A DNA stretch of 64,000 bases from Lytechinus pictus (taxonomy: Eukaryota), in NCBI RefSeq assembly GCF_037042905.1, contig NC_087250.1:4156001-4220000 (forward strand), given 5' to 3'. Of the stretch, positions 1 through 12,539 are shown one piece after another. How positions within the stretch are numbered: position 1 is the stretch's first letter; each line of letters starts with the position of its first letter. The notes beneath the pieces were generated by a model. The model had not been told where the DNA came from. It was given only the letters and a program-made list of their open reading frames with translations, and did no database searches. The position numbers were made by a program, and so were the translations under genes.

Positions 1-2
1 AC

Positions 3-107
3 CTCTTCCTTATGGAATAGTCCGCTTCTCCTTTCCTTGGATGCTTGTCTGTAATCTTTACGAGTTCTTCGTTTCCAACCTCTCAGAGACTTCTGCTGAC
101 CGGACTG
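3..107 (-). CDS. FAM199X: FAM199X exon 7 (QSGQQKSLRGWKRRTRKDYRQASKERRSGLFHKEE)
   Basis: NAGNAG acceptor ttcagcag; GT donor at positions 2-1; conserved KERxSGLFxxEE motif. Confidence 0.85.
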
Positions 108-3100
108 CTGAACAAACCAATTCATTCAAAGATTAATTTGAGTTGTTTTAATCACCATAAAATAAATGAAACAATATTCCTCAGAATTGAAAGAGGACTT
201 GCCCTAGGAATAATGAAATTGAAGGTCTAAATCATACTTAGGGTGTGTTGCAAGACAATATTTGCAATAACCTGCAAACGTTCTGTTCCAATATTACAAC
301 TGATAGATCAATATTAGCCGAATTCAATCAGATTACACTCCTTATATTGTAAGAAGCAGATTAGCTATTAATCACGAATTTGCAATTAATATAAAGATTT
401 ATGATTGATTTAGGGACCGAAAAAGACTTGCAATTGATCACACTCCATTCAACACTCCATTTGACTTATATCTTCTAAACCACAATTCCGTGGAATGAGG
501 ACAATTGTAAACTGTGAAAGACAGGAAATATGTTTTGTTATAAAACCGTCCCTTTCATTGCATGTGGAAATTTGGCATGAATGCACATTTTTCTCTTTCC
601 TGTCAATCTGATTTTCATTATCTAACAAAAACATATTGTGGGTCCCTACTAATCATAAATCAATTTAAACCACACATGTACCAGTTCCTAAACGATACTG
701 TTGTTTTTAGCAGCAGTTCTGTTTCTATTAATATTGGCTTAAGTGAATTATGAAACCTCAAAACAAGTCTGAAAGTATGTGTTTGTAATTATTATAGCAT
801 TTTGTATAACTGGGTATCGATCAGAAATGATAATTTACGTCTAGGGCCGATCAATTACAACGCCATCCAAAGACATGACCAAGGACTTGAACCTCTGCAT
901 CAATTTGTAACTCCCCTATGTGCCTTGGTTTACGGGGGCATGCCACAACAAAAAAAAAGGTACTCCTAGGGTCAAAAGGTCAAGCGCAGACAAAGTTACA
1001 AAAATTGTGTGCGTAGGGGGAGTACTTAACGCATTGGTATGGCCCGATATAGTGTTGTGTACTCAGGTCAAACATGTGGCAGCACACAACAAGCTTCATC
1101 CAGCTTATGGATAACGATGGTAACAACGTCCAATAACACTAACCTTTTTTACCCCTAGCGAGGGCGACCTCTCCGAGAAGCTCCCCCTATGCTGAGGTGA
1201 TGCGGGGAGACTGGAGCACTTCCTCTTGGTGGCGTTGCCATAGCTACGCATCCTCTCCGGCTCCGAGATGAGTTCGGAATCGCTGGCTTCTCCCGTAATC
1301 TCCTGTTCCTCCAGGTAAGTTTCTAGCTTCGCCAGGGTCGATTCACTCAGCATGTGCGGTTCTATTGAAAGTAAGAAAAAGATCATTGATCTCTAAGAGC
1401 AGACCTGCCAACCTCTGGGAATGAAAAACTGTATTCTGTGATAAAAAAACTGTATTTTTCCCAAATAAAGTGTATTTCATAATAAAATGCTTGGCGCACT
1501 CGCTCATCGCGGCGCTCAAGCTGCGTGCAAGCTAAAATGTGCACTGCTCTTGCAGATGAAAAAAAAACTATTAAAACATGTGTATATCTTCACCCTGGTT
1601 TGAACAAAATGATTGAAAAAAAAAAAAGTTACCTGAAATTACATTGATCTAATAACCATATTTGTGCACGTTTTATGAAATAGAGACATATAGAGATTAT
1701 TATTATTTTTTTTTTTAACAAAAAACGTATTTTTCAAAGAAAAAACGTACTGCCGTATTTTGGTTGCAAAAACGTACTAAATACGGCTAAAACGTACTGG
1801 TTGGCAGGTCTGTAACAGTTTCCAACTTTTATGTAACTTCTCAAACCTCAAAACTTGATCAATTATGACGTCTGTGACCTTCTACAATGTGGTCCCAAAA
1901 TCGGATCCTCATCATATATACATGTATGAAACCCTTAAATGGTTAGTTGTCGCAAGAACATAGTATTTGGGTATGTTATGACCTCTGACCCCATGACCCC
2001 AAAAACTACTCAGATCATTGCCCCTACCAGTATAGGCCAAGTTAAAAGCTTATCCCTTGAACGTTTCTTTAGTTCTCACCTAAAACATACTTTCTGGTAA
2101 ATAATGACTTCTGTGATCTTTGACCCTATAATTTCTATCATGTCTCCTACCTGTAACTAAATTCCTCTCATTGACCAAGTCCTTTGAGATTAGAGAATGT
2201 TATCATTTCTCATACCTATAACTAGAGTCCTTTCATAATGTTACAATGTTTTCCTACCTTCTACTAGATTCATAAACTGACCAAGTCCCACACCGACAAC
2301 TATACTTTTTTCAGAATGATATCATTTCTCCTACCTATAACTAGATTCCTCTCATTGACCAAGTCCTGTGAGATCAGAGACATGACTTCTAACCGCTCTC
2401 TGGGGCCAAGCAGTGATCTGAGCACAGAAGACAGGTGTTCTGCCACTTCTTCCTTCTCTTCTCCATCCATCTCACCCCTTCATGAAAGAAAGAAAGGATA
2501 GCAATCTTTAAATAGACACACCATGAAAATGATTTTGGCTAAGTTTAGCTGCATCACACAAGACCTTGAAAGATGGGAGCTGCTGCTGCCCTGTTTGGCG
2601 TTCAACAATTTAAGAAGGGATAGAGCAACATCGATCTAGCGCTGCACAGTGGCTACCAGGCCCACAATCAATTTGGCAAAATGAATTTTCAGAGTATTTC
2701 TATTACAAACAAAAATACTATAAATGTATTTTTATACTTTTTGTAATGATTGGAAATGATATGGAAACAAATAAAATTTGATGAAATGCTTTGAAGCAAG
2801 TCAGTTTCTGGAAATTAGCTGTAGAAAAGACCTAAAAGATTTCCCTACTGATTTGGGAATTTGTATCAAAGCGACACATGTGCAAAAACGTGCCTTACAC
2901 ATCTTTACCTCGAGACCAACGTGTGCGCCAAGCCGCCAAATGATATGATCATTGGTTAAAAACTGAGGAAGTAGTTCGATCTGCAACATTTGCAATGGAC
3001 CAACTTGCCTGCCAAACCGTACACTGATTCCCATATATCCCCTTCAAACTTTATTTGGCAAGGGTATAGAAACTAAGGCCCATATTCTGACATCAGGTTT

Positions 3101-6100
3101 AACTTAAACTCAGGTTTAAAGTTGAGGTTTAAGTATGGATAGCCAATTGTTACATAAATCACTAACGGTAGAGATATCATATTTCAGCTCATTTGGCTCT
3201 CAAATCATTCATAATTGTCTAGGAAGTATAAATAAATGATAGTCTTCACCATCGATGAATCAGGAAAGAGCACAGTAAACATAAGAAACATACAACTTAA
3301 TACAAATTTTGACACCTTTGGCTTCGCATAATTTTAGCACAGAGATAGACCATGGCCTAAGTTAAACTTGACTTCAGAATACGGGCCTAGGCCATTACTA
3401 TATTGCGATACTGACCAACCCTTATCCTCCATCTTCTTCTTCCGCTTCCGTTTCCCGGATGTTGATGATGTAGAGGGGATACTCTGATCTGCGACCTTTG
3501 ACCCGTCAATATTGCAATTTTCTTCGTGTACCTCTTCCAAGCAACCGAGATCAAAATCCTCTTCAACCGGTTGAAGGACATTAGGGACATCCAAAGATAC
3601 AGGTTCTGAGATTAAAGGTAAAACATAGGTGTAGCAGCAAACAATCATTTCATGAAAAAGTCTTTAAAATCAAGGTTAAATGCCACCATATCATCATACA
3701 TGAAAAAAAAGAAAAAAAATGAAAATCCATAATTTATTGTTCGAAATAGACATGAAATTAAATAGTCCGAAAATTTGCTTTGCCCAATTGATCGTGGGCC
3801 CGGCAGCCGCTGTGCAGCGCCAGATCGACGAGGCTCTATCCCTTCAATCGTTGAACGCCAAAGAGGGTAGCAGCAACTCCCATCTTTTAACGTCTTTTGG
3901 TCTGACGCGGCCGGGGTTTGAACCCCCGACCTCCCAGTTGTGAGACGGACGCTCTACCAACTGAGCCAACACACCGGTTATCTAGATCTGGTACATTAAT
4001 GTTAACTTATCTTTGTGAAATCATAAAATCTTAGCTCAAAACCTATAATTCTGATGATTACTCATGCAGAAAAGCATAAGTGGGACAGTGTATTAACCCT
4101 AAAAAGACTGGGGATGGGGGATTGATTCACCCCCCTCTATATTTTTCGCGATGAATCCGCCGGGCAAATTCTTTTTATCGCATTGCTCACTGACTTTTTA
4201 CTGAGTCTCGCACAACTTTTGAGAGCAAAATTGTTACCCCCCAGTTCGCGGTTCCAAAACTACATTATATTTTGTAAGTGCATGCAGACCTAAAAAAATG
4301 GCTCAAAAACACAAATTCATGTACAAATCCAATGTGCAAATATTGTTTTTAGCCAAAATTCATAAATGTATCATTATTTTTATTTGCTTTTACTAATTAA
4401 AATCAATTAATTTTTTTCTTGATTATGGTCAAGATAAAGTCCCGGACAATTTCCATTGAAAAAATCATAAAAAATAGAAAGGAAAAAACAAAGAAATACA
4501 TAAACAATTTAGAAAACAATAAAATATGCAAGAAAATATTAATGTGATGTTAAAATTTTTCAAGGTACCGGTACATTTGATCAGATTCCTATAAAGAGTC
4601 TGTGAACCAAAAATAAGCATTTTAGGGGCATTATTTAGTTAATAAGAGTAAAGTTCTGATTTTACGCATAAATTAGCTTAATTAATTAATAGCGATAAGT
4701 TTTTTGGCAGAATTTGATGTTATAGTTTTGTACTTAATGCAATGGGTAATGCGCGTGCCAATCTTAGTCGCGATCGCGCAATCGACGGCCGAGATCAAAA
4801 GGGGGGAGGGGGGCTGAATCAGCCCCCCCCCTCTTCTTAGGCGTTGAAATAGTCCAGTCTATTAGGGTTAAGAAATAAACCAATCAGATTATCATTCATA
4901 TCTCATCACAAATCACTAAATACAATAAAGATACTGACAAGTACTGACAAAAACAATGGAAGAAAAAAGAACATATTGATCCACTGTCAATCCCACGGAA
5001 ATGTATGAACACACAAAGGGGAGTGTTTCATAATTTATTCAAATTTCCATATAATCTTTGAAATTCTTATTGTTTAAATTTGTTCCAACTTTTGCCAATC
5101 TGCCTCTCTCGTATCACTTTCTTTTCTTTACCTTGCACTAGATCCAGATAGCTGCTGTTAAGAAAGTCAACACTCCCAAAGAGTCCCTCGATTTCATCAT
5201 CTACATCCACCCCTTGGCCGTGAATGGGAGAGTCCTGGCTGGTTGATGGCCCAATCACAGTGTCTGGATAGGAAGAGTCCACGAGATGGTAGGGGAGATC
5301 CTCATTTTCTTCCAGGGTATCTGAGCATTGAATGCTGGCCGAGATGGAGCTCACATCGTCCTCATCCTCGTTTAGAAAAGTTGGATCCAACCTAGCATGG
5401 CGAATTTAAAGTAAAAAGAATGCATTTGCAGCAAACAATTAGCCGACATTCAAACAATTCTTGAAGGTATACATGTTTGCTATGTATCAACAGCCACTTG
5501 ATGGTATGGAAGTCAAGAGACAAAAAAAAATATCTGAAAATTCATGTTTCACATCTGAACATATACGTGGACGTATTGTAAGTAGTAGAAACTACCCAAA
5601 AAATAATAACAAAACTCTTCATCTTGCAAAATCACTTTCTTTCAAATCTTAGTACTCCTCTTCATCCCTCCTCACCCCTTTCTCTTCCCCTGGCCTTGAC
5701 CCCTCCCTAACCTCCTGCCCCTTCCTTTCCTAAGACCTAACCCTCCTCCTGTCCCCCTATCCTACCCCCCCTTCCTTCCTTCCTTCTTAAATGACAAGTT
5801 CACCCCAACAAAATTTGAATTGAATAAAAAGAGAAAAATCCAACAAGCATAACACTGAAAATTTCATCAAAATCGGATGTGAAATAAGAAAGTTACGACA
5901 TTTTAAAGTTTCGCTTGATTTAAACAAAACAGTCATTATCACATCCTGGTCGGTAAGCAAATGAGGAGACTGATGATGTCATCCACTCACTATTTCTTTT
6001 GTATTTTATTATATAAAATATCAATATAAAATATTCTCATCGTCAAGTGAAACAACGGGCATTTCCTCCATGAACATATGGAATTAGCATTGTTTAATAC

Positions 6101-9100
6101 TATATGGTTCAGTCAAGTTGGTCCTTATTGTCAAATCTGCAAGAAATTAAATATTGTATAATTCAAACAAAAGACAGCAAAAGAAATAGTGAGTGATGGA
6201 CATCATCGACTGTCTCATTTGCATGTCACTGAGTAGTGCATATCACTATTGAGTGAAAATAAGCGAAACTTTGAAATGTCATAACTTTCTTATTTTACAT
6301 CCCATTTTGACGAAATTTTCAGCGTTAGGCTTGTTTGATTTTTTTCTCTATTTATTCAAATCAACATTTTAATGGGGTGGACTTGACCTTTAACTTCCTT
6401 CTCCTTTCATTTCTTCATCATAATTATCCTTGTTCTTTATTACATGTACCAGTATCAGGTAATAAATTTGCTGACCAAATTTGCTTTATTTGTGGTCACA
6501 ATGGAAAAGTTCTCAGCTAGTAAAGATCTGAACAGTCCTCTGTAATCAATCTGCTACACAAAACACCTTTTAGGTACATGTAGCAGTCTTTAGAAAAATG
6601 TGGAGCAAATTGCATAAAACAGGAAAATTACTCCCAGACTATCAAATTAAAGTAAATATCCTTGTTATTATCATTAGGAATTATATCAAAACAATTTTTG
6701 TTGCTGTCATTATAGCATTACCATTACTGTACAAGTATCTACACGTATAACTCACCCATGGCTGAGTGGCACTTCCTTCTCAATTTCACCATGGTAACAC
6801 GGGAGGAAACTATCATCCTTGCCAAAGAGGGGGCTGTTTGGATTAAAATTGGATTAAAGATTAATAAGACATACATACATACTGTACATACATACACACA
6901 TACATACATACAGTATCTCTCTCTCTCTCTCTCTAAAAAAGAAAAAAAACTCTCAGAAGTAAAAGAAAAATAGGGTGATTATTCATCAATTTTATGCAAC
7001 ATGTTCAATATTATAATTTATATTCTGAACAAGTTGCTGCACCCAACCCATGAACCTTGGCCTGATGATTAATGATTTACATGTATGGGTACCAGTGCCA
7101 GCAGGAAGTCATTCCTCAAAAAGCTGTGAGCACCAGGGGCCGTATTCTGAAAATTGTCTTTTAAAAGAGAAATATTCTTGTATCTTTAGAGTTACAAAAT
7201 AATCCGTATTCCGAAAATTCTTGTATCAATTCTTGTAGATTTTCTTGTAACTTTCGCTGAGCGCGTATGATGTCAGAGCTAGAATTATGCGTAAAAAAAA
7301 ATAAAAACGGCGCATAAATATCCCTTTGCGCAAGATAAGATATCGAAATAAAAGGTATTCTGAAAATTCTCTTATCTTTGCGTTCTGTTAACTTCCTTGC
7401 AAAATGCAAGAAAATTTACAAGAGGTACATGTACGGGGCTATTGTAACTTTTGCATGCGATATTTGTCCGTCTGCAATAATTATTTCTTGCTGCATCCCG
7501 CAAGCACATCATGTTTTACAAAAGGAGACATTCCAAAGACATTACAACAACGGATTGGTAGACTTTTCAGCAATAAAAAATTGGTGTTCGAGACGATGAA
7601 TCTTTTCAGAGAAAATGTGTCTTTGAAAAGAGCCACGTGTATTTTCAGCACAGAAGCGCACTAGCATAAGCGTCGGGGGCGCAAGGAAATTACGCCTCAT
7701 ATCATCAATGCGCTTCATTATTTTTCAGAAGAGACGATTCTATTGGTTCACCTTATCATATAACAAGCTGAATGATTGGTTGATGATGAAATATTAGGCG
7801 TGTCAGAGATAAAATAGGGGACGTCCTTACAGAGATAAGACAATTTTCAGAATACCAATTTAAGAGAATTTTAGCGAGCTGTTATTTTGCTGACTTACAA
7901 GAAAAGTTAAGACAATTTTCAGAATACCACCCCAGAATTGGTAGCCTAGTTCAGTAATTGGCCAGGGTAATATAGGAGTGCCCTGAGGCTGACCACCTGA
8001 CATCGACACAGTGGATATGTGCGCTATATAAATCCCTATAGACCTCTAGTATTATCAATGTTCTCAACAGACATGAGAGACGTTGACTTCCAATGAAACC
8101 ACTTTTGCAGATGAACGCTTTCACAAAATGAACCTTAAAAGTGATCATAAAAAAAAAATCAAAATCAAACATTTTTTGGGGTGTAAAAAATTCGAAAATA
8201 CACAAAATACTGTTAAGGATCAGTGGGGCAGTCGTGCTTTTGCATCACATCAAGTTTGGCAGTAACTTTTAGAGGCACGCACAGCCAATATGGGAGACTG
8301 TCTCCCATGAGAGAGATTGACAAAGAGTCCAATATCAGCATGATCAGAGACTTTTGTAAAGAATTTGGGTATCCAATTTCAGAGACAGTTTCCAGTTTGG
8401 GAGACCAATTTCCTTTGGTTACATTTGCTGCATAAGGATTACCTTGGCGGCAAATGGAAATGTGATAGCAGATTCCTCATAAAAAATTACCCCTTTTCAC
8501 CGTCTGCTCTAAAAATTCACCGTCTACTTTTGTTTTGATCCTGTGATATGTGCAGCTGTGAATCATGGGTCTCTGTGAATATTGTGAATCACATGATGGA
8601 TATCGCAGCTCTGACTGAAAGTTTGAAACTAAAGTCTAAGTTAAAGTTAAAGGTATTGTTTAACTTTGTGAGCAGCCGATTAAAAAAATTCTCAAACCAA
8701 GATGAAACATGTGTACAAGTGCATGTATTAGAACTAATAAACCCTGAAAACAACCATTATTGAGAATGAAAAGCTAAAACTACAAGGCAAACCCTGATTT
8801 TGTAAATAGGCGTCTTATAGACGCCTAAATAGTACACATAAGTGTATGGGATGAAATTAAGATGGTGTTTTTGGTCACTTTATATTTCAATTTTTGAAGC
8901 ACTAAATAATTATTTTCGAAAGCAATTTTTTCTGGGCTTCATTTTTGTAACATATCACAGACACAGGTGACAAGTGTGACCTTCTAGCTCAGATTTTTAA
9001 AAAGTCAAACCAATGTTAACCAATCACTTTAAGAAGATCTAGATTCGACTAAATAAACGTTAAGCTTGACTGAAATTGAAATATCATTGTCAGACGTTAC

Positions 9101-11151
9101 AGCCACACATAGTCCACGTCCTGGACGATTTTCATTGATTGGCCCATTGGGCGAACCCTATCGGACCGTACCCCTGCGCACACATAACCAACACACACAA
9201 ATGCCCTCCAGTGATTCACCTAACCCACCGATTCACTTTCCCCGAAAAAAAAGTCCAGACCATCTCGGCAGCGAGACGAAAGATAATGAAGTTGTGACCT
9301 TTGTCTGACCCAGAGGTTACGACCGTCCCTCACATATATTGCTAGGGTGTCTGGAGAAAAAATTATTTTTCCTATTTCAAGAAAATATCACATTTTCTTT
9401 GTGAATTTGAAGAGAAATGACCTTCAGACTGACAGAAATGTAACATTTCTTTTTTTAATCCAATTATTGGCTGGAAAATTAAGAATGAAATTAGGTCAAT
9501 TTTCAGCTTTTCTCTGCTCTGCCATAGACTGAGCTGTGTAGTTAAGAAATGGACACACACAAATCCAAATTTTTAGCTTCCGAGAGCTGGTATAAATTTA
9601 TTATTAATGCCAAAAACTTGTCCATAAAGAATCCAATAGGAATTTTTATGCTCTTTCTGATGGTATGATTTTTATAAAGATTTGGAATGAAAATCACAAT
9701 GAAAAATTGCGACAAAGTGAAAATTGTACAAAACAGAAATTTCATTTTCCCATAGAAAATGCATGGGGAAATGGCAATCTCAACACACACACAAATAAGG
9801 GTTTGCAGTCCTTATTTCACATAATCCTATGAACTTGTCCTTACTGTCAAAAGAAGCCCCTGAATTTTCTCTTTCCATACATGCCAAACACAAGTTAATA
9901 ATCAATGCAGATCACATTTTTCTAGTGCTCAGCCTGAATTTCCCGAAAAAATGTACCATATTTCCCCCTAAATCAGCCTGTTTTATGCTGACACTTTTCA
10001 GTGTGGCTTCAGAGTTCAGACACCCTAATATTTTGCAAGTAGCACATGAATATTCAAGTATGTTTCGACCATACATAGCGTAGCCAGGCAGCTTCTTGAG
10101 AGTAAAAATCATTTACTAACGTAGGCTTACTCTAAACGAAGCCAGGGAGTCCTCCCTATTCATCTGCGTTACGGACGCGAGCGTCGCGTAACATTGGGGA
10201 AGTACAATAAGAAACAAGATGGCGGCGTAAACATCGGGCAAGTCTCTTTCGTCTTTTCACAATATATATATATTTTTTTTAATGAATTCTTGTTTAAAAA
10301 TAACAACGAGAGCGTAGAAATGTCGGAAATGAAGTTTTGTACATGATTTAGAGCTAGGCCTAGATCTTTTAGAAGGAAAGTAGAAATCTCGGGGGCGAAA
10401 GTTTCAGGATTTTTGCGGTACACATACATAGCGAGGGCATGTACTGTGTGCACAGTACAGTGCAATGCACACAAACAATGCAAGAGATTTCAAGTGAGTT
10501 TGGATTGGAGAAAGTTTCGTAGAATAATAATATGGCTACCAAAAGATGGTGTAATGTTTGTGACTTCCAACCAGTAACTTGTAAAAGTTATGTAAGGATA
10601 AAGTCTGTGAAGGTTGCCAGAGCTGGACTTCAAGAACAATTACAAGAATTTTTCGGAGATATTTCGTCCAATTCTTCCAACTGTATTTGCGACAGATGCG
10701 TGACAAAAGTGACTGTCATTGTCATATCACTTTAATCAGTGACCATGCTAGTGACTATTCTGTATTCAGGATTTCAGGGGGTGTGTATGTATGTGTGAAT
10801 ATGGGGATATAGTGTGTTATGTGTTTGGTAGTCGTATCGTACAAAATAACAACAGTCCAAGAGGTGGACTACCACGTACACTGAACTGGTCCATGAACAC
10901 AACATTAGCCATGCCCATGACCATATGCACACACGACAACCAGCTCGCTGCTCGGAGAGGCCATCGAACGTGTACATCGATGACACATCACGGCCACTCT
11001 GCATGCACTCACAGGCACAGCTCGATAGCGCAGAAATAGCCGGACATGGCGGACGTCAATATATCACATTTGGAATACGGTAAACAAACAAAACATACCT
11101 CGGAATGGGAGAAAAGTCGAAGTCGACAACGGCTGGGTATTCAGCCAACAT
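3..11151 (-). CDS. FAM199X: FAM199X-like protein (ET-like domain), spliced; 3' end lies beyond the left edge. Exons 11099-11151, 6756-6833, 5132-5391, 3416-3605, 2335-2477, 1144-1361, 3-107
   Basis: All introns are GT-AG and phases are consistent (2,2,1,2,1,0). The spliced product has KRKRKKK..WGEMDGEEKEEVAEHLSSVLRSLLGPRERLEVMSLI..LVIEPHMLSESTLAKLETYL and RKDYRQASKERRSGLFHKEE. These match FAM199X segments as I recall them (WSAMTNDEQVEYIEYLS..MGLREQLDII; RQARKERLSGLFLNEE). Confidence 0.85.
1144..1361 (-). CDS. FAM199X: FAM199X exon 6
   Basis: Acceptor ctttcaatag, donor AAG|gttagt; lies within ORF 1105..1386. Confidence 0.85.
1400..1812. mobile_element. Non-autonomous DNA transposon (MITE), hAT-like CAG termini
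   Basis: TIRs cagacctgccaacc ... ggttggcaggtctg. Confidence 0.7.
2335..2477 (-). CDS. FAM199X: FAM199X exon 5 (ET-like core)
   Basis: Polypyrimidine tract + aag acceptor, donor ATAG|gtagga; encodes GEMDGEEKEEVAEHLSSVLRSLLGPRERLEVMSLISQDLVNERNLVI. Confidence 0.85.
3076..3390. mobile_element. MITE, PIF/Harbinger-like
   Basis: TIRs aggcccatattctgacatcaggtttaactta ... aagttaaacttgacttcagaatacgggcct. Confidence 0.65.
3416..3605 (-). CDS. FAM199X: FAM199X exon 4 (basic KRKRKKK, NLS-like)
   Basis: Acceptor tttaatctcag, donor TG|gtcagt; lies within ORF 3334..3648. Confidence 0.8.
3720..3979 (-). mobile_element. tRNA-derived SINE family A
   Basis: Near-identical reverse complement of 13593-13853; A box tggctcagttgg, B box ggttcaaacc; a partial copy is at about 2569-2705. 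Confidence 0.85.
4093..4871. mobile_element. piggyBac-like MITE
   Basis: ttaa|ccctaaaaagactgg ... ccagtctattaggg|ttaa; inverted second copy at 51583-52349. Confidence 0.8.
5132..5391 (-). CDS. FAM199X: FAM199X exon 3 (acidic, Ser-rich)
   Basis: Acceptor ctag, donor CAAG|gtaaag; ORF 5067..5390. Confidence 0.8.
5787..6393. mobile_element. TTAA-flanked MITE family K (Kolobok-like AGG..CCT termini)
   Basis: ttaa-atgacaagttcacccc ... ggggtggacttgacct-ttaa with long internal inverted arms; at least 5 copies in the window. Confidence 0.8.
6756..6833 (-). CDS. FAM199X: FAM199X exon 2
   Basis: Acceptor aaacag, donor GG|gtgagt; phases fit both neighbours. Confidence 0.7.
7086..8040 (+). mobile_element. 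SINE family B 3' part, interrupted by a Harbinger-like MITE (7137-7933)
   Basis: The SINE body gggtacc..ggaagtcattcctcaaaaagctgtg resumes at about 7934 and ends in gatatgtgcgctatataaat; insert TIRs ggggccgtattctgaaaattgtctt / aagacaattttcagaataccacccc. Confidence 0.75.
8648..8972. mobile_element. TTAA-flanked MITE (Kolobok-like)
   Basis: ttaaaggtattgtttaac ... gttaaccaatcactttaa. Confidence 0.5.
9345..10025. mobile_element. TA-flanked MITE
   Basis: ta|gggtgtctg ... cagacaccc|ta. Confidence 0.6.
11099..11151 (-). CDS. FAM199X: FAM199X probable first coding exon (MLAEYPAVVDFDFSPIP)
   Basis: aaaATG start; donor GAG|gtatgt, phase 2, fits exon 2; CpG-rich sequence upstream. Confidence 0.6.
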
Positions 11152-11159
11152 TTTATAGA

Positions 11160-11400
11160 TAAAAGATGTTAGAAGGACTATAATTTAACTTGCGATCTCG
11201 TCAGTCATCGGTATGCAATACGTCATGCATGTGAACTGTGTGTCACCGGCTCCTAACCATCGCGGTCTCCGATAGGCTTACCTATTGACCCGCCCACAGG
11301 TTCTAGCCAATCATCAATTTGTTAAGTGACAGTTTATCGCGGGCCTACACACGTGGACAACGTTGATAAATTCTCGGGGCGGTGAATTCAAAAGGGAAAA
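11160..11400 (-). promoter_or_regulatory. Putative FAM199X promoter
   Basis: Locally CpG-rich; agccaatca CCAAT box near 11306, cccgccc GC box near 11289, cacgtg E-box near 11350; directly upstream of the first exon. Confidence 0.4.
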
Positions 11401-11644
11401 TCCCTATCCATATCAAGAGGGAAGGGGACTGGGGGCATGGACCTGAGAAGCGGGGGTGCTGGGGCATTGGGGGTGCTGCGTGTATTATTTTCCATAGGCA
11501 GCAAACCCCTGGAATTCTGGTTGGTGTGTCACGTACGTAGGAGAATGAAATGTAAGAAAAAATTACCAACATCTTAATTGTGTTGAAACCCGTTTTGGCC
11601 GGCCGGGCTTATAAAAAATTCTTGACACAAAAACGACCTTCATT

Positions 11645-12538
11645 TCAGGGGCCGCGGAAGCGGGAGTGGCTTCAGCCCCCCCCCCCCACTTTTGGCTCAG
11701 CCCCCCACTTTGAGAACCGTCCGCGGCCCCTGCATTTTGTAATAAAATCTTCTCTTTTTTTTTGCTTTTCAAATTTACATAGGCGGATCCAGGGGGCCCA
11801 AGGACTCCCTATTGGCGGAGCAAAACAAAAAAAGGAGGGAAAGGCATTTAAAAAAAGACCAATTTTGAGGGGGCAAGATATGTCACATCGCTTAAAGTTA
11901 CGTGTGAGCGAAGCGATTGAGCAAACATTTTGGCGTTTTTATTAATACAGAAATCCAATTTTGTGATAGATTTTGATATAATATTCAGAAAATAATATGT
12001 TTCTCCATTTTCTCTTTCCTCTTCGATTTTTTCTTGGTCGCGAATTTTTATATATTGATTCCAAAAAAATTGATATGATAAAAATATATGATAGGTTTAT
12101 TTTTCGATTTAAGCAAGGCTTTATACGTTAGACCATTATATTTCAATGGAAAAACTATTTGCTTATGGAATACGTGGTTTACTTGGTAACTATTTATTAT
12201 TTATCACATCGTTTTCAGTTTGTATCAAGTGTAACTCATGTTGAAACCGATTCGATGCGGAGTACCTCAACACTGGCGGATCCAAGGGGGGGGGGGCACA
12301 GCCGGCCCTCCCCCCCCCCCTTTGAGAAGCAAAATTACAATCTGTAATGTAAAAATGCCGTTGAAACATAAGTGTGCTCCCCCCTTTGAAAATGAAGACT
12401 TATTTTGGGGGGTTAAAGTTTTTTAGAGACGAAATATCCTTAAATTTTAGTTGAAACCTTTTTTTTTTTGCTTGTCAAAATTTTCCTCGGAAAAATGTGC
12501 CCCCCCCCCCTTTTTGGAAAATCCTAGATCCGCCTCTG
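11645..12538. mobile_element. Cluster of G/C-tract MITEs with CA(G/T)GG(C/G)CGGATCC-type termini (hAT-like)
   Basis: caggggccgcgg..ccgcggcccctg (11646-11732); cataggcggatccaggggg (11778); cactggcggatcca..tagatccgcctctg (12271-12538); relatives at 15726 and 20412-20719. Confidence 0.6.
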
Positions 12539-12539
12539 T

